Notes: generated by a model from the letters alone, not told the origin. Counted from the stretch's first letter, positions 1 through 10,376 are shown. The stretch: DNA of 64,000 bases from Bacilli bacterium (GCA_024408655.1 JAKSUV010000002.1:8938-72937); one strand, 5' to 3'. Program-made: numbers and translations.

Positions 1-2
1 CG

Positions 3-1025
3 CCCTTTAGTGTGGGTGAAATTGGTCGGACTGGTAGTCCAGGTCGCCGCGAAATTGGTCATGGTAAATTAGGTGAAAGAGCCTTGTCTTATGTGATTCC
101 TTCATTAGAAGAATTCCCATATACGATCCGCGTTGTGAGTGAAGTCGTTGAAAGTAACGGTTCTTCTTCACAAGCGAGTATCTGTGCTGGTTGTATGTCC
201 TTAATGGCAGCCGGTGTTCCGATCAAAGGCATGGTGAGTGGTATTGCCATGGGCTTAATTACAAGTGGCCCATTAGATGGTAAACATCCTTATACCATCT
301 TAACGGATATCCAAGGTCTAGAAGATCACTTTGGTGATATGGACTTTAAAGTTGCCGGTACCGCGAAAGGTATTACCGCTTTACAAATGGATATTAAGAT
401 TAAAGGCGTGACGCGCGAAATCTTACAAGAAGCGTTAGCACAAGCTAATAAAGCGCGAGCGGAAATCCGCGCGAAGATGGAAAGTGCGATTAAAGAACCA
501 CGGAAAGATGTTGGTAAATATGCGCCGAAGATGACCACCTTTAGAATTGATCCAGATAAGATTCGGGAAGTAATTGGTACGGGTGGTAAAGTCATTAACG
601 ATATTATCGCTAAGTGTGATAACTGTAAGATTGATATCGAAGATGATGGTAAAGTCACTGTCTATCATATGAACCGCGAAATCATCAATAAAGCGGTCGC
701 GATGATTAATGATATTATTCGCGAAGCGAAAGTTGGTGAAGTCTACGAAGGTATCGTTAACCGGATTGAAGACTATGGCGCATTTGTGAATCTCTTCGGT
801 GATTGCGATGGATTATGCCATGTCTCGCGTTTAGGTTGGGGCTTTATTAATAAGGCAAGTGACGTTGTCCATGTGGGTGATAAACTCAAAGTGGTCGTCA
901 CCGAAATTGATAATCAAGGCAAGGTTAAAGTCTCCCACCGCGAGTTTGTCGAAAAGCCAGCGGGCTATGTTGAAAAACCAGAACCGGAACATAAAGAACG
1001 GCACGGTCATTTTCACCGGCGATAA
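3..1025 (+). CDS. pnp: Polyribonucleotide nucleotidyltransferase (PNPase), 5'-truncated by window edge
   Basis: [29 protein letters not shown] motifs followed by KH and S1 domains. Confidence 0.97.
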   Translation, partial: PFSVGEIGRTGSPGRREIGHGKLGERALSYVIPSLEEFPYTIRVVSEVVESNGSSSQASICAGCMSLMAAGVPIKGMVSGIAMGLITSGPLDGKHPYTILTDIQGLEDHFGDMDFKVAGTAKGITALQMDIKIKGVTREILQEALAQANKARAEIRAKMESAIKEPRKDVGKYAPKMTTFRIDPDKIREVIGTGGKVINDIIAKCDNCKIDIEDDGKVTVYHMNREIINKAVAMINDIIREAKVGEVYEGIVNRIEDYGAFVNLFGDCDGLCHVSRLGWGFINKASDVVHVGDKLKVVVTEIDNQGKVKVSHREFVEKPAGYVEKPEPEHKERHGHFHRR

Positions 1026-1081
1026 TTTATTTTAAAATTTAATTAGTAATTCATAATAACTATGTTATTATAATATCCGTA

Positions 1082-2533
1082 ATGGATAACCTTTCCTACG
1101 ATATTATTGTAATTGGAGCAGGCGTTATTGGCTCAAATATTGCGCGGGTTTTAAGCGAATACCAAACCCGCGTTTTAGTAATTGAAAAAGATAACGATGT
1201 GTGCGCAAGAGCAAGCATGGCAAATAGTGCGATTGTCCATTCGGGTTATGATCCGGTGCCTGGTACACTTAAAGCACGCTTTAATGTTGCGGGTAATAAA
1301 CTCTTCCCAGATTTATGTAAGCGACTTGACGTTGAATATAAGCAAATTGGTTCACTTACAATCGCGATGAGCGATGAAGATATGGTGACGCTTGAATCAT
1401 TAAAAGAAAGAGCTAATACTAATGGTGTTCCGGTAGAAATTATTAATCATGACCGTTTATTAGAATTAGAACCAAACGTTAATCCAAAGGCGAAAGGAGC
1501 CTTACTTGCGCCAACCGCGGGGATTGTTGATCCATTTACTTTCTGTTCACACAATATGGAGAACGCACTTGATAATGGAGTGCAACTCCATTTAAATGAA
1601 TTTGTAAAGAATATCGAAGATCACCAAGATTATTTTATTTTAAAAACTAACTTCGCAACTTATACTTGTCGCGTGGTGATTAACGCCGCGGGTCATGGCG
1701 CTTATTCTTTAGGTAGTATCTTTGAACGTTTCGATTATAAGATTACGCCTAAAAAAGGTGAATATTTTGTCTTAGATCACTACGCACCAGGGCTTGTTAA
1801 TCACACGATTTTCCCTTTACCAAGTGAAAAAGGGAAAGGCATCTTAGTGAGTCCCACTTATAGTGGCAATTATCTAATTGGTCCAAGTAGTGAATTAAGT
1901 TTAGCGAATGATCACTCCACTGATCCAGCAACTTTAGCAATGATTAAAGCTGGTGCGCTTGAATTAGTGCCGAGTATTCCGTTTACGGAATTAATTCGGG
2001 TATTCGCGGGAGTCCGGGCCGCTCCAACTGATCACGATTTCCATATTGCACCATTAAAGAAACATCCTAACTTTATTCATTTATGTGGCATTGAATCACC
2101 TGGTTTCGTTTCTTCACCCGCGATTGCGGAGTATGTGGTAAACGAACTCGTGAAACCAATTTTAAATTTTGCGAAAAATAATAACTATAATCCAACTGTC
2201 CGCCCGCGTATTCATCCTGAGACTATGAAAGACGAAGCGCGGAAGAAACTCATTGCGAGTAATCCAGATTATGGCGAAATCATCTGCCAATGCGAAAAGA
2301 TTAGTAAAGGCGAAATCATTGACGCAATGAGTCGAAGTGATCACCCACACACCATTAAAGCGATTAAGAAACGTTGCCGCGCGGGCTTTGGCAAATGTCA
2401 AGGTGGCTTCTGTCAACCACTAGTTGCGCGATTAATTAGCGAATATTATCACATTCCTTTAACCCAGGTCGTCTATTCAAAACTTGGTAGTAACATTGTC
2501 CGCTACCGCACTAAAGGAGATAACGATGATTAA
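1082..2533 (+). CDS. FAD-dependent oxidoreductase (GlpA/LhgO-like) with C-terminal BFD-like [2Fe-2S] domain
   Basis: GAGVIG Rossmann motif, NSAIVHSG, C-terminal CQCE...RAGFGKCQGGFC. Confidence 0.85.
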   Translation: MDNLSYDIIVIGAGVIGSNIARVLSEYQTRVLVIEKDNDVCARASMANSAIVHSGYDPVPGTLKARFNVAGNKLFPDLCKRLDVEYKQIGSLTIAMSDEDMVTLESLKERANTNGVPVEIINHDRLLELEPNVNPKAKGALLAPTAGIVDPFTFCSHNMENALDNGVQLHLNEFVKNIEDHQDYFILKTNFATYTCRVVINAAGHGAYSLGSIFERFDYKITPKKGEYFVLDHYAPGLVNHTIFPLPSEKGKGILVSPTYSGNYLIGPSSELSLANDHSTDPATLAMIKAGALELVPSIPFTELIRVFAGVRAAPTDHDFHIAPLKKHPNFIHLCGIESPGFVSSPAIAEYVVNELVKPILNFAKNNNYNPTVRPRIHPETMKDEARKKLIASNPDYGEIICQCEKISKGEIIDAMSRSDHPHTIKAIKKRCRAGFGKCQGGFCQPLVARLISEYYHIPLTQVVYSKLGSNIVRYRTKGDNDD

Positions 2534-3785
2534 GAAACATTATGATTTAGTCGTTATCGGTGGTGGTAGTGCTGGGATGGCGGGCGCGATTGAAGCGCAT
2601 AAACTCGGCATTAAAAATATTTTAATTATTGACCGGAACGATTATTTAGGCGGTATCTTAAATCAATGCGTACATAATGGTTTTGGTTTAACTGAATTTA
2701 AAGAAGAATTAACCGGTCCTGAATTTATGACCCGTTTATCCGATGAAGTTAAAGCGCTTAATATTGAATATGTTTTAAATACCACCGTCACCTCCATCTT
2801 ACCTGATAAAACCATCTTTGCGTCTAATCGCGAAGGCTATCACATTATTAAAGCGAAAGCGATTCTTGTCACTACTGGTTGCTATGAACGTAATGCCGGG
2901 GCGATTATGTTACCGGGGGAAAGACCAAGCGGGGTGATTACCGCCGGAACCGCGCAATTATACTTAAACGTTTATGGCTATTTAGTTGGTAAACGCGTCT
3001 TTATCTTAGGTAGTGGTGACATTGGTTTAATTATGGCGCGTCGCTTAACCCTTGAAGGGGCGAAAGTTCTTGGTGTCGCAGAAATTTGTCCATATTCTAA
3101 CGGTCTTAACCGCAATATCGTCCAATGTTTAAAAGATTATAATATTCCCTTATATTTATCGCACACTGTAAGTGATGTTAAAGGTAGTGACGGTCGACTT
3201 CTAGGGATTACGATTTCGCAAGTTGATGAACATAATAATATTATTCCTGGTACGGCGAAGGGCTTTGAATGCGATACTTTACTTTTATCGGTTGGGCTTG
3301 TTCCTAATTCGCCCTTATTACGTGATGCAGGTGTCGAGTTAAGTCGCAACAAAGGTGCGATTATTAACGAACGTTATGAAACTAATATTTGTGGTATCTT
3401 TACCGCTGGTAATGTCTTACATGTTCATGACTTAGTTGACCTAGTGACAAAAGAGAGTCGTTTAGTCGCCCATTATATTAATGAATATTTAAAAGGTAAC
3501 AGCATTATTGATCAAATTTATCGTCCGGTTGTTGCCGGCGATGGTTTAGGTTATGTCCTTCCTCATAAAGTCGGCACCCATCCACTTGATGAAGTCACCT
3601 TTAAATTCCGGGTCCGTCGTCCGGTAAAGGATGTTAACGTTATCTTCTACGAAGATAACCAAACGATTAAATCGGTTTTTAAGCCGGTCTTAATTCCAAG
3701 CGAAATGACCGAGATTACTTTATCACTTGATGAATTAAAACAATTTAAACAAACAATCAATGTCAAACTGGAGCAAAAGCAATGA
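2526..3785 (+). CDS. NAD(P)/FAD-dependent pyridine nucleotide-disulfide oxidoreductase
   Basis: GGGSAG and GSGDIG motifs, LNQCVHNGFG; ATG at 2526 behind AAAGGAG, overlapping the upstream stop. Confidence 0.85.
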   Translation: MIKKHYDLVVIGGGSAGMAGAIEAHKLGIKNILIIDRNDYLGGILNQCVHNGFGLTEFKEELTGPEFMTRLSDEVKALNIEYVLNTTVTSILPDKTIFASNREGYHIIKAKAILVTTGCYERNAGAIMLPGERPSGVITAGTAQLYLNVYGYLVGKRVFILGSGDIGLIMARRLTLEGAKVLGVAEICPYSNGLNRNIVQCLKDYNIPLYLSHTVSDVKGSDGRLLGITISQVDEHNNIIPGTAKGFECDTLLLSVGLVPNSPLLRDAGVELSRNKGAIINERYETNICGIFTAGNVLHVHDLVDLVTKESRLVAHYINEYLKGNSIIDQIYRPVVAGDGLGYVLPHKVGTHPLDEVTFKFRVRRPVKDVNVIFYEDNQTIKSVFKPVLIPSEMTEITLSLDELKQFKQTINVKLEQKQ

Positions 3786-4126
3786 GAGAATTAATTTGTA
3801 TTACTTGCCCACGTGGTTGTCACTTAGTAGTGGATGATAATAAAAACGTCACCGGGAATTTTTGTCCCCGGGGTGTTACTTACGCGATTAGTGAAGTTAC
3901 TCATCCCGTCCGGGTGGTCACTTCAACCGTTAAATTAACTAATAGCGTTTATCCTCGCGTCAGCGTTAAAACTAAAGACCCCATCCCCAAAAGTAAAATC
4001 GGGGCGGTCATGGAAGAGATTAACCGGGTGAGTTTAAAAGCCCCCGTCAAGATTGGCGATATCGCGATTCAAAATGTTCTAAATCTTGGGGTCGATGTGG
4101 TGGTGACAAAGAACATCGACAAATAA
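3782..4126 (+). CDS. DUF1667-family small CxxC metal-binding protein
   Basis: CITCPRGC...GNFCPRG; the usual third gene of this oxidoreductase cluster. Confidence 0.85.
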   Translation: MRELICITCPRGCHLVVDDNKNVTGNFCPRGVTYAISEVTHPVRVVTSTVKLTNSVYPRVSVKTKDPIPKSKIGAVMEEINRVSLKAPVKIGDIAIQNVLNLGVDVVVTKNIDK

Positions 4127-4127
4127 T

Positions 4128-4156
4128 TTGCAATTTTACCTAATTACGAAGATAAT
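4128..4156 (+). promoter_or_regulatory. Sigma-A-type promoter of the tRNA pair
   Basis: TTGCAA-17 nt-GATAAT, 16 nt upstream of tRNA-Asp. Confidence 0.6.
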
Positions 4157-4172
4157 AGTTAAGCACGGTTCT

Positions 4173-4248
4173 GGACCAGTGGTGTAGCGGTTAACATGTC
4201 TCCCTGTCACGGAGAAGATCGTGGGTTCGATTCCCATCTGGTCCGCCA
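4173..4248 (+). tRNA. tRNA-Asp (GTC)
   Basis: 76-nt cloverleaf, GGACCAG/CTGGTCC acceptor stem, anticodon loop CTGTCAC, GTTCGA T-loop, encoded CCA. Confidence 0.97.
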
Positions 4249-4265
4249 AAAAGTGCAAATGCATT

Positions 4266-4341
<76 letters not shown>

Positions 4342-4346
4342 GTCAT

Positions 4347-4377
4347 AGAAAGCTGTCAGAGGACAGTTTTTCTTTTT
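4347..4377 (+). terminator. Intrinsic terminator after the tRNAs
   Basis: CTGTC-AGAG-GACAG hairpin with A/T extension and T-tract. Confidence 0.7.
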
Positions 4378-4423
4378 CTAAATTCTTGTAGACCAAAATT
4401 CTACATAATGCTATATTAATGGT

Positions 4424-5788
4424 ATGAATAATCGTTTAGGTGAGGCGCTTAAAGCCTTAAGAAAAAAGAAACATTTAAGCCAAGATGAACTGGCGAAATC
4501 CTTAGGTTACGCTTCGCGTAGTTCGATTAATAAAATTGAATTAGGGCACAAGAAGATGAGCTATCAAAAACTCGTCTTATTACAAAATAAGTATCATCTT
4601 GCCTTTAATGATTTAGTAGTCGCCGATAATTCATTACCGCATGATAAAGAAATGTTTCCAAATCCCGCGATTCCTTCCCTTTGTTACATTAAAAGCGTAG
4701 TGAAGAATAATCCAAAGATTATTGTTGGTGATTATACCTATTATGATGATGCGATCGATGGAGGCGATTCTTTTCTTCGTCATGTGACCCATCATTATTC
4801 TTTTAGTACTGACCGCTTAATTATTGGTAAATATTGCGCAATTGCCCGCGGTGTTGAATTTGTGATGAATGCGGCGAACCACCGGATGAACGCGCCTTCG
4901 ACTTATCCGTTTTATATTATGGGTGGGAAGTGGGGAAGCGCGATTGCGCCTGTCGCAAGTGAATTACCCAATAAAGGTGACACGGTGATTGGTAACGACG
5001 TTTGGATTGGCCAAAACGTTACAATTTTGCCCGGTGTTCATATTGGTGATGGAGCAATTATTGGTTTAAATAGCACGGTGGCTAGTGATATACCCGCTTA
5101 CACAATTGCGGCGGGTAATCCAGCGCGCGTAATTAAAAAACGCTTTGATGATGAGCTAATTAATTTACTAGAAGAATTCGCTTGGTGGAATAAACCGATT
5201 CAAGAAGTTGATTCGCTATTAAAGATTATTTGTAATAGTGATTTAACATATGTTAAGTCCGAATTAAAGAAGCGGCTTCGTGATCACTTAACAGTGAGAA
5301 AAGCGACCCTAAAAGACTTTGATACGATTATTAAAATCTATGTGAACGCACGAAAGTTTATGGTGAAAAATGGCAATCCAACTCAATGGGGTAAATCTTG
5401 GCCACCGCGCGATATCATTAAAGAGTCAATTAAAGCTAACGAAACTTTTGTGATTATCGATAAACAAAAGAAGATTCATGGAACTTTTGCCTTAACTTTA
5501 AAACCCGAACCGGACTATAAGGTTATTAAAGACGGTCATTGGTTAAATGATTATCCGTATGTCACTTTACACCGCTTAGCAAGTGATTTTAAAGTCCATG
5601 GCGTCGCTAGTGCTATGTTTGAATTTGCGGAACGATTTCATTTAGATGTACGGGGCGATACTCATCAAGATAATAAAATCATGCAAAAACAGTTTAAAAA
5701 GCACGGTTTTAAGCACGTCGGCACCATTTATATTAATCACCAAGGGACGTTAAGTCCGCGTCTTGCGTACCAAAAAACTCTAAAGTAG
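4424..5788 (+). CDS. XRE-HTH / Vat-CatB-type hexapeptide acetyltransferase / GNAT fusion protein
   Basis: N-terminal [25 protein letters not shown]; middle [35 protein letters not shown]; C-terminal [25 protein letters not shown]. Confidence 0.85.
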   Translation: MNNRLGEALKALRKKKHLSQDELAKSLGYASRSSINKIELGHKKMSYQKLVLLQNKYHLAFNDLVVADNSLPHDKEMFPNPAIPSLCYIKSVVKNNPKIIVGDYTYYDDAIDGGDSFLRHVTHHYSFSTDRLIIGKYCAIARGVEFVMNAANHRMNAPSTYPFYIMGGKWGSAIAPVASELPNKGDTVIGNDVWIGQNVTILPGVHIGDGAIIGLNSTVASDIPAYTIAAGNPARVIKKRFDDELINLLEEFAWWNKPIQEVDSLLKIICNSDLTYVKSELKKRLRDHLTVRKATLKDFDTIIKIYVNARKFMVKNGNPTQWGKSWPPRDIIKESIKANETFVIIDKQKKIHGTFALTLKPEPDYKVIKDGHWLNDYPYVTLHRLASDFKVHGVASAMFEFAERFHLDVRGDTHQDNKIMQKQFKKHGFKHVGTIYINHQGTLSPRLAYQKTLK

Positions 5789-5837
5789 CGAAAATTTCTA
5801 TTTACAAACGCGAAAAAATAGTTATCATATTCTCACG

Positions 5838-6362
5838 ATGAACGTTTCTACTATCTACGATAAGAGTGTCAAAATGATCGACGAATGCTACGAGCGGCTT
5901 TTACGCATCTGGCAATTACCCAAAGGCTCGATTAGTAAGAAGACCATTAATAGTCATAATTATTACTATCACCAATATCGCGAAGGGAAGAAAGTCATCA
6001 CGAAATTAGTGAAAGGCGAACAAATCGCTGAATTAAGAAAACAAATTAACGAACGGAAACGGCTCGTGAAATTAAATAAGAATGCGAAAGAGGCAATCCA
6101 AAAGAATGTGAAAGTGATTGCGATTTTTGATAAAGGTTTAAGCACTTCCTTATTAGACGAAGTCTACGCGTATGGTTTTGACGAGATTCCAGTGAGTGAA
6201 CGGAGCCATGTTGTAATGCCGATCGCTCAAATGAATATCCGGCAAGCCGATGGTAGTTACACGATTAACGAAAATTTAACTGAATATTATAAGCAATGGG
6301 TCAAAGGCGAGATTCGCGCTCGCGAAATTTCTAACTTCATCATCCAAAAGATTAGCGACTAA
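5838..6362 (+). CDS. Hypothetical protein (N-terminal KGSI..YYY module, coiled coil, weakly VbhA-like C-terminus)
   Basis: 174-aa ORF with upstream TTTACA/TATCAT promoter-like elements, ending 3 nt before typA. Confidence 0.65.
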   Translation: MNVSTIYDKSVKMIDECYERLLRIWQLPKGSISKKTINSHNYYYHQYREGKKVITKLVKGEQIAELRKQINERKRLVKLNKNAKEAIQKNVKVIAIFDKGLSTSLLDEVYAYGFDEIPVSERSHVVMPIAQMNIRQADGSYTINENLTEYYKQWVKGEIRAREISNFIIQKISD

Positions 6363-6365
6363 CTT

Positions 6366-8180
6366 ATGCAGTTAAGAAATATTGCCATTATCGCCCATGT
6401 TGACCATGGGAAAACGACCCTTGTTAACCAACTGTTAAAAAGCAGTGGGACTTTTCGCGCGAATGAAACGGTGGTTGACCGCGCGATGGATAGTAATGAT
6501 CTTGAACGGGAACGGGGGATCACCATCTTAGCGAAAACCACCGCGATTGCCTATAAAGATTATCGTATTAATATCCTAGACACTCCGGGTCATGCTGACT
6601 TTGGTGGCGAAGTCGAACGAATTATGCACATGGTCGATGGCTGTTTATTACTTGTCGACGCCTTTGAAGGCACGATGCCCCAAACCCGTTTTGTTTTAAA
6701 GAAAGCGCTTGAAGCGGGAGTAAAGCCCGTGGTGGTGATTAATAAAATTGATCGGCCAAACGCCAACCCAAAACTCGCAGTGGATAAAGTATTAGAACTA
6801 TTTATTGAACTTGGTGCACCAAGTGAATTCCTAGATTTTAAGGTTGTTTATACGAGTGCCCTAAAAGGTACGAGCGGTGATACACCTGAAGACCAAGTGA
6901 ATAACATGGACAAAGTCCTTGATTTAATTATTAACGAAATCCCGGAACCACGGGTTATACCAAATGGTCCTTTTAAATTCCAACCCGCATTACTTGATTA
7001 TAATGACTTCGTTGGTCGAATCGGAATTGGCGTGGTTAAGCGCGGAAATGTTCATGTTAATGATATTGTGACGGATGTTCGTTTAGATGGTAGCCATAAA
7101 TCTTTTAAGATTTTAAAACTCTTTGGCTATTTTGGCCTTAAGCGCGTCGAAATTGAAGAAGCACATGCTGGTGACATCATTGCGATTGCGGGCTTAAGTG
7201 ATATTAACGTTGGTGAAACCATTTGTGATCCAAAGTGTTTAGAGAAAGAACCACCGTTAAGAATTGATGAACCAACTTTACAAATGACTTTTGCCACTAA
7301 CACTTCACCCTTTGCAGGGCGCGATGGTAAATATGTAACGGCCCGGGTAATTGAGGAAAGACTTTTTAAAGAGATTCAACGCGATGTCTCACTCAAGGTT
7401 GAACGAATTATCAATAAAGAAGCGTGGATGGTGTGTGGTCGTGGTGAATTACATTTAGGTATTTTAATTGAGAATATGCGCCGCGAAGGCTATGAACTCG
7501 AAGTCAGTAAACCAACACCCATCATTAAAGAAATTGATGGGGTGAAATATGAACCTTACGAAGATGTCTTAATTGATATCCCTAACGCTTATCAAGGAAC
7601 GATTATGGAAACGCTTGGTAACCGTGACGCGGAACTCGTGAATATGGAAGACGATGGAGTAACTACTCGTCTTACTTACGTTATCCCAAGCCGTGGTTTA
7701 TTAGGTTTTGTTACTAATTTCTTAACTTTAACACGGGGTTATGGGATTTTATCCCACACCTATAAAGAATATCGCCCCATGAAGTCGAAAACGATTGGTG
7801 AAAGAAATATCGGTGTTTTAGTTTCTACTCATACGGGTAAAGCCACGCCTTATGCGATTGAAAAGGTGGAAGAACATGGCACAATGTTTATTAAACCTGG
7901 TACTGAATGCTATGAAGGGATGATTATTGGCGAACATAAATATTCAATCGATTTGGCGGTGAATGTTACTTTAGAGAAACACCAAACCAACGTCAGAAGT
8001 TCCACTAAAGATTTAACCGTGGTCTTAAAATCACCACGTGTCATGAGTCTAGAAGCGTGTCTTGATTATATTAATACGGATGAATTAGTCGAAATCACAC
8101 CGACTTCCTTTAGAATGCGGAAAAAAATCCTTAACACGAGTGAACGGAAGAAGTTTGATTCGCGTAAAAAAGCCCAATAA
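6366..8180 (+). CDS. typA: Translational GTPase TypA/BipA
   Basis: [36 protein letters not shown]-terminal ELVEITP. Confidence 0.98.
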   Translation: MQLRNIAIIAHVDHGKTTLVNQLLKSSGTFRANETVVDRAMDSNDLERERGITILAKTTAIAYKDYRINILDTPGHADFGGEVERIMHMVDGCLLLVDAFEGTMPQTRFVLKKALEAGVKPVVVINKIDRPNANPKLAVDKVLELFIELGAPSEFLDFKVVYTSALKGTSGDTPEDQVNNMDKVLDLIINEIPEPRVIPNGPFKFQPALLDYNDFVGRIGIGVVKRGNVHVNDIVTDVRLDGSHKSFKILKLFGYFGLKRVEIEEAHAGDIIAIAGLSDINVGETICDPKCLEKEPPLRIDEPTLQMTFATNTSPFAGRDGKYVTARVIEERLFKEIQRDVSLKVERIINKEAWMVCGRGELHLGILIENMRREGYELEVSKPTPIIKEIDGVKYEPYEDVLIDIPNAYQGTIMETLGNRDAELVNMEDDGVTTRLTYVIPSRGLLGFVTNFLTLTRGYGILSHTYKEYRPMKSKTIGERNIGVLVSTHTGKATPYAIEKVEEHGTMFIKPGTECYEGMIIGEHKYSIDLAVNVTLEKHQTNVRSSTKDLTVVLKSPRVMSLEACLDYINTDELVEITPTSFRMRKKILNTSERKKFDSRKKAQ

Positions 8181-8248
8181 AACAAAAATATTCTTGACTT
8201 CACTTAATAAATCATTACCATTTTTTACGCAATCAAAGGAGAAACCTG

Positions 8249-9388
8249 ATGAAAAAGAAGACGATTTTACTTAGCGTTGCGCCAATTCTTATGGCCGCCG
8301 CTTCCTTAACTAGCTGTGGTGGTAGTCACCCGGATGATCCAATTAAAGATGTCGAGCCTTTATGTTTCACCGCGCTACATGATGATTCTTCGATTTACGC
8401 TTGTTTTGCGGTTGCCGAAGAGGGTAAAGTTCCTGAGCAATTACCAATAATTTATTACTATATCGGCGAGCAACCATCTGGCAATCCTAAAGATTGGAAA
8501 CAATTTGAAATTGATAACCCAGAATATAGTGAGCAATTAGAAGAAGGCTATCAAAAAATCGCCACGATTAATAAAGGACAAAATATTTATTTTGTAGGGA
8601 AAAATCCCAACGGAATTAATGGACCGAAAGCACACGCAGATCCACTAGATGCAACAGTTTATTGGCACTTTGGAACTGATGTTTATAAAAAAGGGAATCC
8701 GCATAGTTTTGAAATTAGCGGGAACATTATGTCACTTATCGACTATACAAAATCGATTGAAAAGATTCCTGGCGAGTATTGTTTTGCTTACTTATTCGCG
8801 AACCGCTACTATGGCGCTCCGCAATTTGTCAATGCGAGTAAATTACAATTATCGGCAACTGAGTTGACGGCCGGATGCTATTACAATCTTTTTTATAATA
8901 ATTCGTTATTAACCGATGCGGAGATCGAATTGGTCGCCGGTACTATGGAACCTTATTGTTATAGCGGAATGTTCTTTGGCTGTGAAAAACTAGAAAAGGC
9001 GCCAAAAACATTAAAAGCAATGAACCTTGCTGAACACTGCTACGAGAAAATGTTTTGTAACTGTTTCAACGGCCTAAAAAATTCACCAGAACTATTAGCA
9101 ACTGATTTAAAAGATGGCTGCTACAACTATATGTTCAACAATTGCCATAAATTAAATAATATAGTCGTACATTTCGACAAAAGTTGTGACCCAGATGAAA
9201 TGAACAAATGGGCAAGTGGAAAATATTCTTACAACTGGTTAGATGTAGGCGGTGGCGCTGAAAGCAAGTACCCCAGAACCTTTACTTCGCCTATGAGTAA
9301 AGATAGCATTACTACTAGAAATGATAATACCGTACCAAATGACGATGTTTACAGTGAATGGGATATCAAGGAATTTCAATCTGAATAA
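8249..9388 (+). CDS. Lipoprotein with Cys-containing LRR-like repeats (CYxxMFxxCxxL)
   Basis: MKKK signal with LTSC lipobox; 4-5 repeats of ~26 aa; SD AAGGAG; own terminator. Confidence 0.75.
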   Translation: MKKKTILLSVAPILMAAASLTSCGGSHPDDPIKDVEPLCFTALHDDSSIYACFAVAEEGKVPEQLPIIYYYIGEQPSGNPKDWKQFEIDNPEYSEQLEEGYQKIATINKGQNIYFVGKNPNGINGPKAHADPLDATVYWHFGTDVYKKGNPHSFEISGNIMSLIDYTKSIEKIPGEYCFAYLFANRYYGAPQFVNASKLQLSATELTAGCYYNLFYNNSLLTDAEIELVAGTMEPYCYSGMFFGCEKLEKAPKTLKAMNLAEHCYEKMFCNCFNGLKNSPELLATDLKDGCYNYMFNNCHKLNNIVVHFDKSCDPDEMNKWASGKYSYNWLDVGGGAESKYPRTFTSPMSKDSITTRNDNTVPNDDVYSEWDIKEFQSE

Positions 9389-9404
9389 TTACTAATAATT
9401 AATT

Positions 9405-9426
9405 AACGGGCTTCGGCCCGTTTTTT
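9405..9426 (+). terminator. Intrinsic terminator
   Basis: AACGGGC-TTCG-GCCCGTT followed by T-tract. Confidence 0.9.
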
Positions 9427-9514
9427 ATATTTATATAATAAATATATTTAAAAATTCGCGTCAGCCTCTTAAAAAATCCCTATATATAAGTAGGGAGAAA
9501 AGGAGGAAGAAATT

Positions 9515-9694
9515 ATGAAGATCAAATTGACAGATGAACATCTAAACAAAGTGGATGTTGGTGAAGCTATCACCTTAACTAGCATCATGACCGTGATGGC
9601 AATTGCGATTACCGCGGTTGTAATTTACCGGTTATTTAAATCTAAAGCGGGAAGTACCACGGCGCCCGGAGGCTGGAAGTTTGAATGGAAGTAA
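9515..9694 (+). CDS. 59-aa small single-TM peptide with bacteriocin-leader-like N-terminus (not in ORF track)
   Basis: AGGAGG SD; MKIKLTDEHLNKVDVGEAITLTSIMTVMAIAITAVVIYRLFKSKAGSTTAPGGWKFEWK; its end overlaps the radC start. Confidence 0.8.
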   Translation: MKIKLTDEHLNKVDVGEAITLTSIMTVMAIAITAVVIYRLFKSKAGSTTAPGGWKFEWK

Positions 9695-10371
9695 TTAATA
9701 TTAAAAGACTTCCTGAACTAGAACGACCAAGAGAAAAAGCGAAACATTACGGCATTAATAAACTAAGTAATATTGAATTACTGGCCTTAGTAATTGGTAG
9801 CGGGACTAAAGATGCAAATGTATTAATGGTAGCGCAAGATCTACTTATTAAGACACGCGGCATCGAGCATCTATTAAACGTTTCCTATCAAGACTTACTG
9901 AAAGTTAATGGAATTAAAGAAGCGACCGCTTTTCGCTTCTTAGCCATTAATGAATTAGTGAAACGGGCAGGACAAAGTAGCGTGACTTCAACTTACCAAA
10001 GTAGCGAAAGCGTGGCACGCCGCTATCAACAGATTATTGGCGGCAACAATAATGAATCACTTTATCTAATCGGTCTTGATGATAAGGGGAAGCTAGTAAA
10101 GGAACGCGAAATCTATGTGGGCACTAATTCTCACTTTGTGAGTAGCGAAGAAGAGATTATTGATTATCTAAAGAAAGAGAGGATTCGTTTCTTTATGTTG
10201 GTCCATAATCATCCGAGCGGCAATGTTGAGCCAAGTCATGACGATATTATCGCCACTAACCACTTGCTAGTGAGAGCGAAACGCAATAATTTAATTCTCG
10301 TTGATCACATCATTGTCCACATCAGTAGTGGTTACTATTCGTTTCGCGAAACCCAGGGCTTATTACACTAA
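9685..10371 (+). CDS. radC: RadC family JAB-domain protein
   Basis: ERPREK, ELLALVIGSG, HhH, HNHPSGxxxPSxDD, DHII. Confidence 0.93.
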   Translation: MEVINIKRLPELERPREKAKHYGINKLSNIELLALVIGSGTKDANVLMVAQDLLIKTRGIEHLLNVSYQDLLKVNGIKEATAFRFLAINELVKRAGQSSVTSTYQSSESVARRYQQIIGGNNNESLYLIGLDDKGKLVKEREIYVGTNSHFVSSEEEIIDYLKKERIRFFMLVHNHPSGNVEPSHDDIIATNHLLVRAKRNNLILVDHIIVHISSGYYSFRETQGLLH

Positions 10372-10376
10372 TCTAG

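Noticed and set aside
9685-10371. JAB domain as part of a CBASS or ubiquitin-like system
   Set aside because: Full-length chromosomal RadC with HhH N-terminus; no E1/E2 or cyclase nearby
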